Shown here: piece by piece, positions 22,860 to 36,692 of the stretch
Position numbering within the stretch: the stretch's first letter is position 1
Layout: every line of letters starts with the position of its first letter
Source: Leucoraja ocellata
Lineage: Eukaryota
Assembly: GCA_036785375.1 (NCBI GenBank)
Contig: JAWMAR010000146.1
Location: forward strand, 1-64,000
Reading direction: 5' to 3'
Length of the DNA stretch: 64,000 nt
Position numbers and translations under genes: made by a program
Notes under the pieces: generated by a model
What the model saw: only the letters and a program-made list of their open reading frames with translations
Told to the model about the DNA's origin: nothing
The model's database searches: none

Positions 22860-23270
22860 GGCTGCACACTGGCGCAGTGGTAGAGTAGCTGCCTTACAAA
22901 GCCACAGAATTCAACCCTGACTTCCAATGCTGTCTGTACAGAGTTTGTATGTTCTCACTGTGACTGCGTGGGTGTCCTCCAGATTGTCTGATTTCCTCCT
23001 ACATTCCAAAGACATGTAGGTTTGCAGGTTCACAAAAATGCTGGAGAAACTCAGCGGGTGCAGCAGCATCTATGGAGTGAAGGAAATAGGTAACGTTTCA
23101 GGCCAAAACCCTTCTTCAGACTGATAGGGGGTGGTGGGGGTTTGCAGGTTAATTGACTTCAGTAAATTGTCCTTAGTATGTAGGATAAAACTAGTGTGTG
23201 AGTGCTCACTGGTCGACATGGACGCAGTGGGCAAAAGGGCCTGTTTCCACGATCTCTAAAACTAAATTTA
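22860..23270 (+). mobile_element. HE1-like SINE with nested Penelope insert
   Basis: A box tggcgcagtgg; CR1-type tail gggcctgtttcc...ctctaaaactaaa. Confidence 0.85.
23031..23138 (-). mobile_element. Short Penelope insertion with 12-bp TSD
   Basis: ggtttgcaggtt at 23019-23030 and 23139-23150; the insert matches the reverse complement of 59470-59570. Confidence 0.85.
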
Positions 23271-23599
23271 AAAAGTAAAGTTACTTCAGTACTGTTTTTG
23301 TACACCACCTTGTATCAACAAAGATTTTATTTTGGTTGCTTACATTTTTAATCTTTGCAGAACTATTGCAATATTTAAGTAATTCAATAGACTTTTTACC
23401 CTAACTGAAAAGATATCCTGCTGTCTGTGCTCTCCTCCTTTTTTTACTCCCTGTCACATGCAGAGGATATTGCAGGACTCCCTCATGCAAGGCTATGGTG
23501 TGGCCTCAGCTCTCAGCATTAATACATATATATAGGACCGCTGTTATATATTCTATCTATCTATACTATTGTATCTGTATACCAGTTCCACTAATTGCA

Positions 23600-24058
23600 T
23601 CCCTATGTCCCCCTCTTTATCATCTCTTCCCCAGCAAACAATGGGCCATTATGGGCATCACCCTTTCTCGGTTATCTGTTGCCAGCCCTGATTTGTTCTA
23701 GCCTTTTCTACCTCCAGTACTCCCCCCTCTACTATTAGTCTGGAGAAGGGTTTCAACCTGAAACATCACCCATCCTATTTCTCCAGAGATGCTGTTTGAC
23801 CCGCTGAGTTATGCCAGCAGACAAAATGTGTGGGAAGGAACTGCAAATGTTGGTCCACACTGAAAATAGACACAAAATGTTGGAGTAACTCAGTGGGATA
23901 GGCAGCATCTCTGAATAAATAAAATAGGTGATGTTTCAGGTTAGGGTTTCAACCCAAAACATCACCCATTCCTTCTGTCCAGAGATGCTGACTGTCCTGC
24001 TGAGTTACTCAGGCATCTTGTGTCTATCTTCAAGTTACTCCAACACTTTGTGTCTATC
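23600..24058. mobile_element. Penelope terminal-repeat remnants, direct copy plus inverted pair
   Basis: gtctggagaagggtttcaacctgaaacatc at 23739; inverted arms about 23860-23940 and 23945-24035. Confidence 0.7.
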
Positions 24059-24854
24059 ATGGATAAATATAGGTGATTTAGCTCAGAAGTACAATATTAA
24101 ACCAAGACTGACACCTTCTGGTAGGGGTATGGAAGTTGACTTAAATGCATATTTGTGGTTGAGCTAAATAAAAACAAAGGCTGCAAAACTGCGTGGCAAT
24201 TTGTTGCTTTCTCAGCGACAGTTTGCTTCCACTTTGACAACACATCCAGAGTGCAATATTTTAGAATTGGGCTGCCCGATAAATTGGCAGTGAGGTGGCA
24301 AAGTACACAAAGATGTGAAGAATCAGATCAACTGGAAGATTAGTACTATTGCACAGGGATTTGATGCCATCTTGGACTATTGTGAAGCAAGTAATCACAC
24401 AAGGGAACCTGGAGTTCAGCTGCACAGAGTAACATCAGAGTGCTTAGCATGAGAGTTGGCTGCATGATCCCCTGAAGTCACTGGATTTGGGTTTTTTACA
24501 GACACAAGAGTAGGCTTCAGGCTTCTTACTTGCCTGTGGACCACTTCTAATTTTGTATGAAAGAGAGAAGATGGGGGGGGGGGGGAGGTGAGACGTTTTC
24601 AGCAGGAGACCCTATTCTCAAAGAATCTGTCATGGTCCTAAACTAAAGAGAGAAGAAAGATGTTACTTCTCCAAGCAGATCCTAATGGAGATCTGAGCCA
24701 GTCTGCCAGTATATGTGAGTGCACACTGCACCCAGCTGCCATGTCACAGAGACTTTGCTTTTATTGATAGGTAAGTGCTTTTCACTTAGTATGGCTGTAT
24801 GAACTCAAATTTCACTGTACCTTAATTGGTTAAGTGACAATAAACGCAAACTTG

Positions 24855-27800
24855 AACGAACTTCAGCATGGGGCAGGCTCTTTGGCCCACCGTCCATTCC
24901 AGCCATTGATTACCCAATCACACTAGCTCTATGTTATCCCACCTCCTCAGATCATTTATCTTCTCGCGGTGAAGAGGCTTGCGTGCCCCCATGATTCCGA
25001 GAGTGATGCCATCGGAAGCACCAGCTTCTGATAGGGCCACCCATGGTGGTAAGGTCGAGGATGAAGGTCCAGACTAAGAACGATCCAACCAGGCGGACAA
25101 AGTTACCTTGAGCTCAACGTCTGTGAAGGTGGACGAAGGCTGCATCAGGTATATCAACTCCAATTGTCCAGGCTCCCATGCCATTGGAATTAGTTGATTG
25201 GTTTGTGAAGGACCGTGTGCTTCTTGAAGTGCAACATCAAGTGCACGTTAAACAAACACACGCACAGGCTTCTTCATTCTTTGGGCAGCCCAAAACTTCA
25301 CAAGACTTTCGGCGATCGGGGAAGGGCGACGGGAGCAGGCCACGTGATGGCTGGAAGCTCCTAGTCAAGAACCGGCACGGAAGTGGTGAATACTTGATTC
25401 AATCGCTCAACTTTGGACAGAAGCAGGAAAGTTGTTCGGTAGCAGTATTCATGTCAGAGCAGCCCTATTTAGGATCTATTCTGCTCACCCTAAACTGGGA
25501 AGGGGCTAGAAAAGGTGCCCTAAAAATAGCCTGCTTCGCCTCATCCTGTCTGGAAAACCGCATCCAGAGGGATCACCATCATGCGGTCGAAAACCATCAA
25601 GAAGCAAAACTATGAAACTTGGAATATATGAACTATGAAGGACAACCCAAACTCAGACCGACCAGAGAGAAGAGAAAGCTTTGTTGCTCGGGTATTCTAA
25701 AAATTCAGCTTTTACGTTTTTGCTTTGAGTGAGACCCACAGAGCTGGAGAAGGGCAACTAAAGGAAGAACAAGGTCAATACACCTTTTTCTGGAAAGGTT
25801 TTAATCCTGAACAACTGAGGATCCAAGGAATGAGTTTTGCCATCCAAAACAGCCTACTTCAGAAGCTGACAGAGCAACTACTGGAAATTAATGAATGTCT
25901 TATGACTCTACGAATCCAGCTCATCAAAAACCAATACACCACCATCATCAGCACCTATGCTCCAACTCTGGACACTGAAGACAAAGTAAAGGAGAACTTC
26001 TACGCCCAACTTGACTATGACCTTTCCTCTGCTCCCAACGACGACAAGATCTCTTAGGAGATTTCAATGGCAGAGTCGGGAAAGATCATAGACTCTGGAC
26101 CAGGACAATCGGCAAGGAAGGAGTTGGCAAGGTCAACGCCAATGGAACATGCCAAATGTGCTGAACACAACCTGGTGATTGCAAACATCTTATTTCGCCA
26201 GAAAAACAGGCACAAAGTCTCCTGGCAGCATCCACTTTCAAAACACTGGTACCTCATTGACTACATCATCATACGATTCCGTGATCAACAAGATGTACTG
26301 AAAACAGAGCCGTTACTGGTGCCGATGAGTGCTGGATAGATCATCATCACATCTTGTCCACCATGAGCATGAAGATTCGGCCCAAAAGGAAACATCAAAT
26401 CCAGAACAGCATCAAGAAATTCAATGTTGACGTCCTTCAAGGCATCGACCATGTACAGAAGTTTCAACAAAAACTTGAAGAACAACTGCCTCAACAAATC
26501 CCACCATCTGTCTTAGAACACTGAAATCTATTGAAGAACGCTATCATTGCCTCCTGCAAGGAAACAATTGGGTTCAAGTTAAAAAAAACATAACATCCGG
26601 ATTGGTTTGACAATAATGACAAACAACTGCAACAACTCATCGATGAAAAGAGAAAAGCTTTCATCACCTTACAAAATGACCAACAGTCAGCTACCAAAAG
26701 GAAGTGCTATCAGGAATGCAAGACTGCAGTCCAGAAGAGCAGCCGAAACCTGAAAAACTAATGGTGGATGGAAAAAGCTGAGGAAATCCAACAACTAGCA
26801 AACAGCAACAACACTCAAGGCTTTTTCAACGCAACCAAAGCCATTTTTAGTCCTTCCACTCACGGTCAAGCCTCTCTCAATAGCAAAGATGGGTCAACCA
26901 TCCTGAAGAGCAATGCTGACATCAATTCTAGATGGAGGGAGCACTTTGAAGATCTAAATCAAACCACCTCATTTGACAGGAATGTGATCAACAACATTCC
27001 AAAGCAGCCTGTTGATAACTCCCTAAGCAGAACACCATCACTTGAAGAAGTCAAGGAAGTAATCTAAACCTTGAAAAACAACAAGGCAGTTGGACCCGAT
27101 GGAATACCAGCCGAGGCCTACAAAATTGGAGGTAACCTACTCCATTACCAACTGCATCAACTTCTCATCAAGATCTGAATGAATACGTATCAGGAGATGA
27201 TAGGGACTCAACAATCATTACCATCTACAAAATGAAAGGCGATCTATCTGACTGCGTAACCTCTCGTGGAATTTCCATGCTGGCAACCACAGGCAAGATC
27301 CTTGCCCATATCATGAACAACCGACTCAAGCCTTTAGCCGAGAAGATCCTTCTGGATTTTAGACCATCACGTGTAACAGCCGACATGATCTTCACAATGC
27401 GTCAACTATGAGAAGAATGTTGCAAACAACTTCTACCGTTGTACATGGCATTCCTCGACCTCACTAAGACCTTCGATTCGGTATCAAAGGAAATTTTATG
27501 GGACATCCTATCCACCTATGGATGTCCTGAAAAGTACATTTGAATCCTGAGACTGCTCCACAATGACATGCTTGCCACAGTCATGGCCAGCAACAGCAAC
27601 TGTGAGCCGTTTCAAGTCAGATCAGGAGTGAAACAGGGATGTGTGAAAATCATCTGCAACAGATCCTGACTGCCTTCAACAGCGCATACACAAAACTTGG
27701 ACTTACCACCAACTCCAAGAAGACTCAGGTTATCTGCCAATCGTCACCACAAATCGGAAAGAACCATCAATTCAACTTGGTGTAACACCTCTGGAAAATG

Positions 27801-28820
27801 TGGATCACTTTCCGTATCTTGGAAGTCACCTCACCTCCAATGTTGACCTTGATGACGAGATCCACCACCGTCTTAAGTGTGCTGGAACAGCTTTTGGGTG
27901 TCTTCGAACGAGAGTCTTTCAAAATCGTGACATCCGAACAGACACCAAAATGTTAGTGTACAAGGCAGTGGCGATTCCAATGCTCCTGTATGCATCAGAA
28001 ACCTGGACAACATAGCGACACCATCAGAAAACACTTGAGAAGTTCCATCAACTATGTCTTCGAAGCAGCTTAAATATCAGCTGGGAAGACATAAGAACCA
28101 GCGTCAGCATGCTGAATGAAGCGAAAACATCTAACATCGAAGCCTTCGTCAACAAGAACCAACTAAAATGGGTCAGTCATGTTGTTTGGATGTAAGACGA
28201 GCGTCTACCAAAGCAAACCTTCAACTCCCAGCTTAAAGAAGGCAAATGTAAAAGAGGCGGACAAAAGAAGAGATTCAATGACACCTTAAAAGCCAGCATG
28301 AAGAAATGTGAAATCGACATCAACAATTGAGAAACCAATGCCAAGGACAGGAAACGCTGGCGAACCATCATCCAAGAAAGAACAGCGACCTTTGGAACCA
28401 ACAGATGCGCAGAATTAGAAGGAAAGAGAAGAAAACGGAAAGAGAGGCAGCAACAACCAAAGCCCGATCTGCCAGCTGGAATTACCTGTCCTGAATGCCG
28501 AAGAACTTTCAAAGCCAGGATTGGACTCATAAGCCACCAGAGAGTCCATAAAAACAACGGAACGTAGACCTTCATCCCCGACCTCGAGAGAGATAGCAAC
28601 GATGATTTTATCCAAGTATATCACCCATTCCAAACACACTGGAGCACTTTACAGATGCCAATTCACCTACAAAAGATCATGTCTTTGGGATGAGGGAAGA
28701 CACTGGCCCACCTGGAGGAAACCCATGCGACACAGGGACAGCGAGTAAATTCCATACAGACAGCACCTGAGGTCAGGATCAAACCCAGATCTCTGGTGCT
28801 TTGAGGCAGCAGTGCTACTG
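24855..28820 (-). mobile_element. HE1-like SINE split by the RTE insertion (pieces about 24855-24950 and 28615-28820)
   Basis: The two flanks join into the reverse complement of the SINE at 36381. Confidence 0.7.
24960..28606 (+). mobile_element. RTE (BovB-related) LINE, near full length, dead
   Basis: RTE-type 5' UTR; APE motifs LSETHRAGEGQL, STYAPTL, HWYLIDYII; RT motifs LYMAFLDLTKTFD and GVKQGCV; C-terminal C2H2 finger CPECRRTFKARIGLISHQRVH; many stops and frameshifts. Confidence 0.92.
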
Positions 28821-28959
28821 TGTCTGAAGGTCTGTGCCCAGGTTGTGCTGTGCTGGAGATGTAAGTTATGTTTGATTGAATGCTGGTACTCCACTCAGGT
28901 CAAACTAAATGTAAACCTTTTCCTTGCATCAAGATTAACAATGAGAAGTAGTGTTGCAA

Positions 28960-29505
28960 CTTTAAATTACTTTGTTCAGACAGCATTTGGAATATTGTGT
29001 GTAGTTTTGCTTTGGCTATTGTTAGAAATGTGAAGAATTTGGAGAAGATGCAGAAGGGTTTTGCCAGAATGGTGCCTGGATTAGAGAGCATTTGCTAAGT
29101 AGAAGTTGTCCAAATTTGGATTGTTTTCTCTGGTGTATCTAAGATCGAGGGAAGACATGACAGAAGTGTATAAGACTAGGAGAGATACAGATATAGTGGA
29201 CTGTCAAAACCTTTATCGCAGGGTGGAAATGTTAAAGACTAGTTGGTGTTGCTTTGTCAGAAGGATAAGCTTAATGGAGATGTTGGGATCAGGATTTTCA
29301 CACGGAGAGTGGTGTGTGCCTGGAAAGTGCTGCCAGAGGTAATGGTAAAGCAGATATGCTAGTGGCATTTGAGAGGCTTTTAAATATACAATACGCAAGC
29401 AATGGAGAGCCATGAATCTCATGCAGGCAAAACTTGGCATTATGTTTGGCACAGATATTATGGGCCAAACGGCTTGTTCCTTTGCTGCACCTTTCTATGT
29501 TCTAT
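28960..29505 (+). mobile_element. Old CR1 3' fragment
   Basis: LEYCV.F / KFGLFSL remnants; tttctatgttctat tail. Confidence 0.7.
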
Positions 29506-29745
29506 TTTGAGAACCAGATTACAAAATTGCTATCTTTGCAATTCAGACAGAACAATTCAATAAGAGATTAATTAGTTATAGAGGAAAATATACTAAACAA
29601 TAGAAAACAAAAGCAGTTAATTAGTTAAAGAGCTTAGAACATTGAAGAAAATTGAGCCCGGACAAAGCAAATGATTATCCTCAATAATGCAGTCATGAGT
29701 GGATGAACCAGATTAAAACTAAGTGTTGAGACTTTTGTTAACCAG

Positions 29746-31609
29746 ATTCAATTCAATTCAATTCAATTCAATTCAACTTTAATGTCATCGCACAAATACA
29801 AGTATCAGTACAACGAAATGCAGTTTTGCGTCAGTCCGTAGTAGTTGTACATAAAGAGAAAAAACAAGAAAAAAAATAGAAAGGGAGAAGATACAGAATA
29901 ATCAGGAAATACAGAATGATTAAACAAAGGGGGACGGAGGGACCAGAGAAGTCTATCGTCGGGACTCCGAGTTCAGCAGTGTGATTGTGTTGTTATAGAA
30001 GCTTTTCCTCATCCTGCTGGTACGTGACCTGAGGCTCCTGTACCGCCTCCCTGATGGGAGGAGGGCAAACAGTCCATGGTTGGGGTGTGAGGGGTCTTTG
30101 ATGATCTTCCCAGCCCGTCTCAGACACCGTTTTCGGTGGAGGGCATCCATGGCAGGGAGCGGGGCACCGATGATGTGCTGCGCGGTTTTCACCACCCGTT
30201 GTAGTGCTTTCCTGTCCGCAGCAGTGCAGCTGCTGTACCATACCGTGAAGCAGGTGGTCAGGATGCTCTCTATGGTACAGCGGTAAAAGTTGGTCAGGAT
30301 CTGGGGGGACAGGTGGGCTTTCTTGAGCCTCCTAAGGAAGTAAAGGCGCTGCTGTGCCTTTTTGATCAGCTTGGAGGTGTTGAGGGACCAGGACAAGTCC
30401 TCCGAGATATGCACTCCGAGGAATTTATAGCTGGAGACGCGCTCCACCTCAGTCCCGTTGATATGGATGGCGGTATGACTGCCTCCTCTGGTCTGCCTGA
30501 AGTCGACAATAATCTCCTTCGTCTTTTTGGAGTTGAGGATGAGGTTATTGTCGGCACACCAGGTGGTCAGGTGCTGGATCTCATCCCTGTAGGCTGACTC
30601 ATCGTTGTCGCTGATCAGTCCTACTACCGTGGTATCGTCAGCAAACTTAATAATGGCGTTGGATCCGTACTTTGGGATGCAGTCGTGGGTGAAGAGGGAC
30701 TAGAGGAGAGGGCTGAGCACACAGCCCTGTGGCACTCCTGTGTTCAGTGTTATAGTGGAGGAGGTGAGGTTATTGACCCTAACAGACTGTGGTCTGTTAG
30801 TGAGGAAGTCCAATGTCCAGTTGCAGAGGGAGGTGGAGATGCCAAGTCTGCTGAGTTTGGTGATCAAGCTGGCTGGGATGACGGTGTTAAAGGCAGAGCT
30901 GAAATCAATGAACAGCAGCCTGATGTAGGAGTTGTTGTGGTCCAGGTGGGTCAGGGCAGAGTGTAGGGCCGCCGATATGGCGTCCTCTGTAGACCTGTTG
31001 GTCCGGTAGGCAAACTGATGGGGGTCCAGTGTGGGGGGGAGGCAGGCTTTGAGGTGAGCCAAGATCAGCCGCTCAAAGCACTTTGCAATGACAGGGGTGA
31101 GTGCCACTGGGCGGAAATCGTTGAGACTCCCTGTAGCTGACTGTTTGGGCACTGGCACGATGGTTGATGTCTTGAGGCAAGTGGGGACAACACCCTGGGC
31201 CAGTGAGAGATTGAAAATGTCGGCGAGGACTGGGGATAGTTGTCCAGCACATGCCCGAAGCACCCGGCCAGGGATGCCATCGGGGCCGGCAGCTTTGCGC
31301 TCATTCACCTTGCTCAGTGCATCTTGTACAGCAGAGGTGGAGAGGCTGAGAGGTTGTTCATTCGGGGGTGGAGCAACTTTAATGGCTGGGGTTTTGTTGT
31401 CTCGGTCGAAGCGAGCATAGAAGTGGTTTAGCTCATCAGGCAGGGTGTCGTTGTCTGGGGGAGGGGTGTTAACTTTCTGATAATCGGCAAGGGATTTGAT
31501 TCCTTGCCACATGCGCCTGGGGTCAGAGTTGTTGTGGAGATGCTCCTCAATCCGCCGTTTATGATTTAGTTTAGCAGTCCTAATTCCCATTTTCAGATTG
31601 GCCCTGGAT
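29746..31609 (-). mobile_element. Young Rex1/Babar LINE, 5'-truncated; RT frame with a single nonsense codon
   Basis: ORFs 30700-31590 and 29953-30447 are in the same frame (84 codons apart), separated by one TAG after [17 protein letters not shown] intact; (ATTCA)6 tail at 29746-29775. Confidence 0.95.
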
Positions 31610-31629
31610 GAAGGCTCAGTGGATTATTC

Positions 31630-31950
31630 AAATACAGATGCACCATAGAAACCATCATATTGGGTTGCATCACAGTTTGGTTTAAGAACCGCTCAGCCAA
31701 AGACCACAAATGCAGAGTTGTAAATGTATCCCAGTCCATCAAACAGACCAGACTCCCCACCATTGACTCCTTCTGCACCTCACACTGCCACAGAAAAACA
31801 GACAACATAATCAAAGACTTGTCCCACCCAATTCATTCCTTATCCCTGCTTATGTCAGGAAAGAGGCACAGAAGCTTGAAGGTGCACATCACCAAACTCA
31901 GGACCAGCTTCTTCTCTTCTGTTATCAGACTTCTGAACAATCCTTCCATG
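31630..31950 (+). mobile_element. Older Rex1 3' fragment
   Basis: YRCTIETIILGCITVWF...SGKRHRSL. Confidence 0.8.
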
Positions 31951-33519
31951 TAGGAGGGTATTTTGTGCTAGACTGGTATCCTGTATCTGGTTTTACTCAG
32001 ATAGGCACAAACACAAAATAAAACAGCTCTTAGATCAGTCATGAGTCCATCGAACAAGTTGGTATATTGAAGGCCTTAACATTGTGCACTGCTAAACTCT
32101 CTGAGAGAACACAAAGTGTTTCAAAGATTCACAATACCTACAACGCTTTTATATTCTCATGACACAATGATTACGTGGATTTTAAATAAGTCGTCATTGA
32201 TCAATATCTCTGAAACCTTTCATCTTTGGCTTTTCCCATAGTTATCTCTAACCTTGTTTCCTGTTATTTAGTAAACAGCTCTTCCCATTAATACAAAAAA
32301 TATCAGTATCCCTGTATGAAGATTTGATGCGGTCAGATTATTAAAAAAGGCTGTTAATTGCTGGGTACAGTGACAAAGGGCAGCTGTAATCTCGAAGTTG
32401 CAATGGATAAGAACCTGAACTGCAAACAACTATCCCCCCAAAATAGGTAAGGAAACCTACTTTTCAGCAGTGAATTAGATTTAACTATTTTAATTAAGCT
32501 GTGCTGTGAAAGCTAATACATTTATTTACATAGAGACATAGAAAACAGGTGCAGGAGTAGGCCATTCGGCCCTCCGATCCAGCACCGCCATTCAATATGA
32601 TAATGCTAATCATCCAAAATCAGTATTTTTCAGGATTTCTCCCCACATCTCTTAATACCCTTAGCCCTAAGAGCTAAATCTAACTATCTTGTGTATGTAT
32701 AAAATATTATGAATGAATATAGTACCAGCAACTCGAGTGGCTGTACAAACCTTCCAATGGTGATGAACAAACACCTGTACAATCCAATGACCTTGTTCAT
32801 CAAACCTCTTTTCCTTTAGTGTGACTTCCAAATTCTTGTTTCTGCACTAATTGTCAATCCCATCAGTTCATTTGACATTAAATCAATGAGCTACAATTTT
32901 CTTCAAAAACTGTGCAGTCAAAAATATATCAAATGACTCAGAAAATTCATGAGCTATGCCCACATGTCAGAATTGAAGCTAGGTAATTTAGGAAAGAATG
33001 CAGGTAATATTTATCATTCAAGGGGTGGTAGAAATCTAGAATTCAATGCCCCAAACAGCTGTGAGTGTTCGAACAATTGGACACTTCAAGACCAACACCA
33101 ACAACAATTATGTGAAGGGATATACAGTAGAGCCATAGCAAGTAAACAGAGTTTAGCTACAAATCAAATATGTCAATTGAATCTTAAAAGATTCTTGCAT
33201 GAATTAATGGATTTCTGCATTACCAATGTTCCAGCATCATTTGTATATTCCAGTTAATACAAATGAGCTAATATTTCAGAAACGCTGACTGAATTTCCTT
33301 TTCCAATTTTTGTCCAGAAACAGTCGGAACAAACATGTGGACATCGAAGATGCAGTGTTCCGAGATTTTTATTTAACCCTGATATTCATATAATTGCAAC
33401 CTGGATCTGTTTGGAAATACAATCCTAATAAAAAGGTACAGTGAATTTTGTTACGCCTAGTGCCTTTATATGTTATTCTCTGATGGTCCCAATAATTACT
33501 GATTGAATATAAAGCACAT

Positions 33520-34190
33520 CCTGAGCACTAAGTCACATTGGGATGTAAAGGAGGCCACAATGGGAGCACCGTATGCAGTAGATGAGGCTGAGGAGATACA
33601 CATGAACCTCTTTCTCATCAGGAAGGATTGCTGGTATTACTGGATGGATACGAGAGACCAGATATTGGGGCAGGTGTCACATCTCCTACAGTGCAGAGGG
33701 AAGTACCTGGGGAGGAGGTGGTTTAGGTGGGAAGGTATGTGTGAACCAAGGAGTTGCGGACGGAGCAGAAAGGGGTTGGGAAGATGTGACTGGTGGTGGG
33801 ATCACATTGAAGGTGGCAGTAACTTTGGAGAATTATATGTTAGATGTGTAGGCTAATGGGGTGAAAAGTAAGGACTAGGGGAACTCTGTCCTTGTTCCAT
33901 CTGGGGGAGGGGAGCACTAGCAGAACTCTGATGACACACAGTAGACATTAATGAAAGGTCTATCTACAACAGCATAGTGAAAGCCACGTTTACAAAAGAA
34001 AGAGGAAATCTCAGATATTAAAGAAAGAGGGCATCTCCACATGGTATTGGCTAGTGTTGCTGGCTTAAGATTCCACAGAAGATTAGGTAAATGATGTCCA
34101 ATCTTCACACCTAGTGGAGTCAGCAGGACAGGCAGCCTCTTTAGGTAGAAGGAATGGATGACGTTTCAGTTCGGGACCCTTCTTCAGACG
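33520..34190 (-). mobile_element. Old Penelope fragments (endonuclease region and terminal repeat)
   Basis: Antisense similarity to 58650-59120; ctgaagaagggtcccgaactgaaacgtc motif at 34160-34187. Confidence 0.7.
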
Positions 34191-35684
34191 GAATGGAGCA
34201 GACTACTGCTATGTGAGTCAAGGGAACTGACAAATGGGACCACACTGTTGCATGAGGGTGAAAACCACTGTGTTGTGGGAATTGGTGGTCTGTGTTGCTT
34301 GAAATTCATGTCCTCTCTCAACCATCAGCCCACCATTGATTCCCAAGCAACACTCCCAGTTGTACTCTAGACTTCAGTCCCTGATGGTACAAGGCTGCAG
34401 AAGGAGACCACTCCAACAAGGTTAACAGCTGATCATGTTCATGCATCATGGACATCCATTCTCCGTCAAAGTTTTAGTTTCACCTTCAACCTGGCAGCAA
34501 CCACACAACTTTACAGTATTAGTCCGGATAAGCCTAGTTGGGTTAGTGTAAAGACTAGTGTGTGTGCACGTATTATAAATGTATAGCTAATAAGTTTTAT
34601 TTATAATTACCATGTGGTTTTGATTGAAATTTCAAATATTTTTCTTCCATTATTTAAGCTTCAGGAATCTTATAAGAGTTGCAGATGGAGTGCCTGTAGT
34701 GGCTTACAAAAGATAGACCAAAACCAGCCTTCAGTGCTTTCACTTAACTGAACTTTAATCCATTCTTTAATTGTCCGATGTTCTTTAAGGTTGAGGTTGA
34801 ACATTAATTATTCAATAGCCAATAGGTCAGCCACTTTATCTGGGAATTCAAATGTAATATGGCCGATGTTTCCAAACTGTATGATTTACAGAAGCTCCAT
34901 GATTGGTTAACGTTACATTTTGGGCACGTCTTCTTGTATCACATTGATTAGTGGAGAATGTGGACAATCATTGCTTGGACTTTGAGCACCAAAACGATTA
35001 TGTATGTTGGCTGCATTTCCACGACTCGACTTTGGAAGAAGTCTAAAAAGCCATGTATAATTGAGTACCCCTCTCCACTGGTTGAGATTTCATTCACTGT
35101 TCACAAAATAATTGCAATGGTGCCCCAAGACAAATACAAAATGATTCATTGAAAATGGGTCTCCTTCTCTGCTGGCTTCTTCTACAAGTTTTAGTCCAGT
35201 CAAAATGACAGGAAATGCAGGCTTCTTTCACACGCCTCTATTGGAACATTAGCCTCCAAAGGAAAATACATTTGAACTACATTTCTGTCCACATTACATT
35301 AATTACAGGCATTGCTTCTGGTTAAACTTCTTTGTTCTAGCTTCATATCGGATGTTAACGTTGTGTCAGATGTGCAAAATGCAACATTGATTTCTAAAGA
35401 TATTAATTATATCACCACAAATTCTCTCAGGTCAGATAGTAGAATATTCTGGAGTAGCACCTTCTGCTCCGTAGTTGATCACTTTGCACAGCTCAATAGT
35501 TGTACAATTTGTTGTGAACTAGCTGCACATCTAAAAATATTAGAGTAGTCTTGACAAAGGTAGTTGCCATTTACATCGCTAATATTAAATTCTCAGGTGT
35601 TCCCACTTTAATATTGCAAAATATCCTTAATTAAAGGAGTTAAGTGAAATCTGTAAGGACCCTTATTGAACATACATTTCAAAT

Positions 35685-35865
35685 GAAGATAAAAAGTGCT
35701 GGAGTAACTTAGCAGGTCAGGCGACATCTGTGGAGAACATGAATAGGGGATGTTTCAGGTCGGGACTCTGATCGCGATGGGGAGGGTGGAGAACTGGCAG
35801 AGAGGAGGGGCAAGACAAAGCTTGGCGAGTGATAGGTGAATACATGTTGGTGGGGGTGGGGTAAA
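35685..35865 (-). mobile_element. Penelope terminal repeat fragment
   Basis: aaagtgctggagtaact.agcaggtcaggc...gatgtttc signature. Confidence 0.7.
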
Positions 35866-36380
35866 TGATGACTGAATTTACTTTGCAAGCTCAGCATGAT
35901 GCAGCTGTGAATGATGAAGAAATAATTGGCCTTCTGGCTATTCATTGTCAACCAGTAGCACAGAGCAGCTGCTTAATACAGATAATACTTGAAAGGTAAG
36001 TGGCCTTAAGATGCTCTGTCTCTGAGTAGAACCCGCCGAAAACATGATAAATCATCATGAGATTCATGTACCTGTCCCTGCACATGTTTGTGTGAGTGCC
36101 TCTGAGTTCACTACATTGTCACGCGACTTACAAGTGATGACTGACATTTATTAACTTCTCTGTGTTTATCAATTTCCAATGTGCAAATACCCACCTATCA
36201 ATACAGGTCTGTTTGTATTTTAAAGAAGTAATATGGGAGATGATGCAGTTTGGGATTTGTGGGTGACACGGACGTCAGAGGTAAAATGTCGATCTGAGCA
36301 AGCTTATGGAAGTTTGTGGTACGGTGGAGATTGGCAGAAGATCAGGAGGTTAAATTAAAATGGTGTGCATCAAGGGATTA

Positions 36381-36692
36381 GGCAGTCACGGTGGCACAGC
36401 GGTAGAGTTGCTGCCTTACAGCAAATGCAGCGCCGGAGACCCTTGTTCGATCCCGTTTACGCGTGCGCTCTGTACGGAGTTTGTACATCCTCCCTATGAT
36501 CTGCATGGGTTTTCTCCGAGATCTTCGATTTCCTCCCACATTACAAAGATGTACAGGTTTGTAGGTTAATTGGCTTGGTAAATATAAAAATTGTCCCTAG
36601 TGGGTGTAGGATAGTGTTAATATGCAGGGATCGCTGGTCGGCGCGGACCCTGTGGGCCGAAGGGCCTGTTTGCGTGCTGTATCTCTAAACTA
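36381..36692 (+). mobile_element. HE1-like tRNA-derived SINE, full length
   Basis: A box tggcacagcgg, B box gttcgatcc, central body, CR1-like 3' tail gggccgaagggcctgttt...ctctaaacta. Confidence 0.9.

Noticed and set aside
34640-35560. Possible exon or RT remnant on minus (LYMAF-like stretch near 35050)
   Set aside because: Needs a frameshift, frames close quickly, no other motif and no coherent splice sites.
36381-36455. tRNA gene
   Set aside because: It is the tRNA-derived head of an HE1-like SINE, continuing into SINE body and tail.
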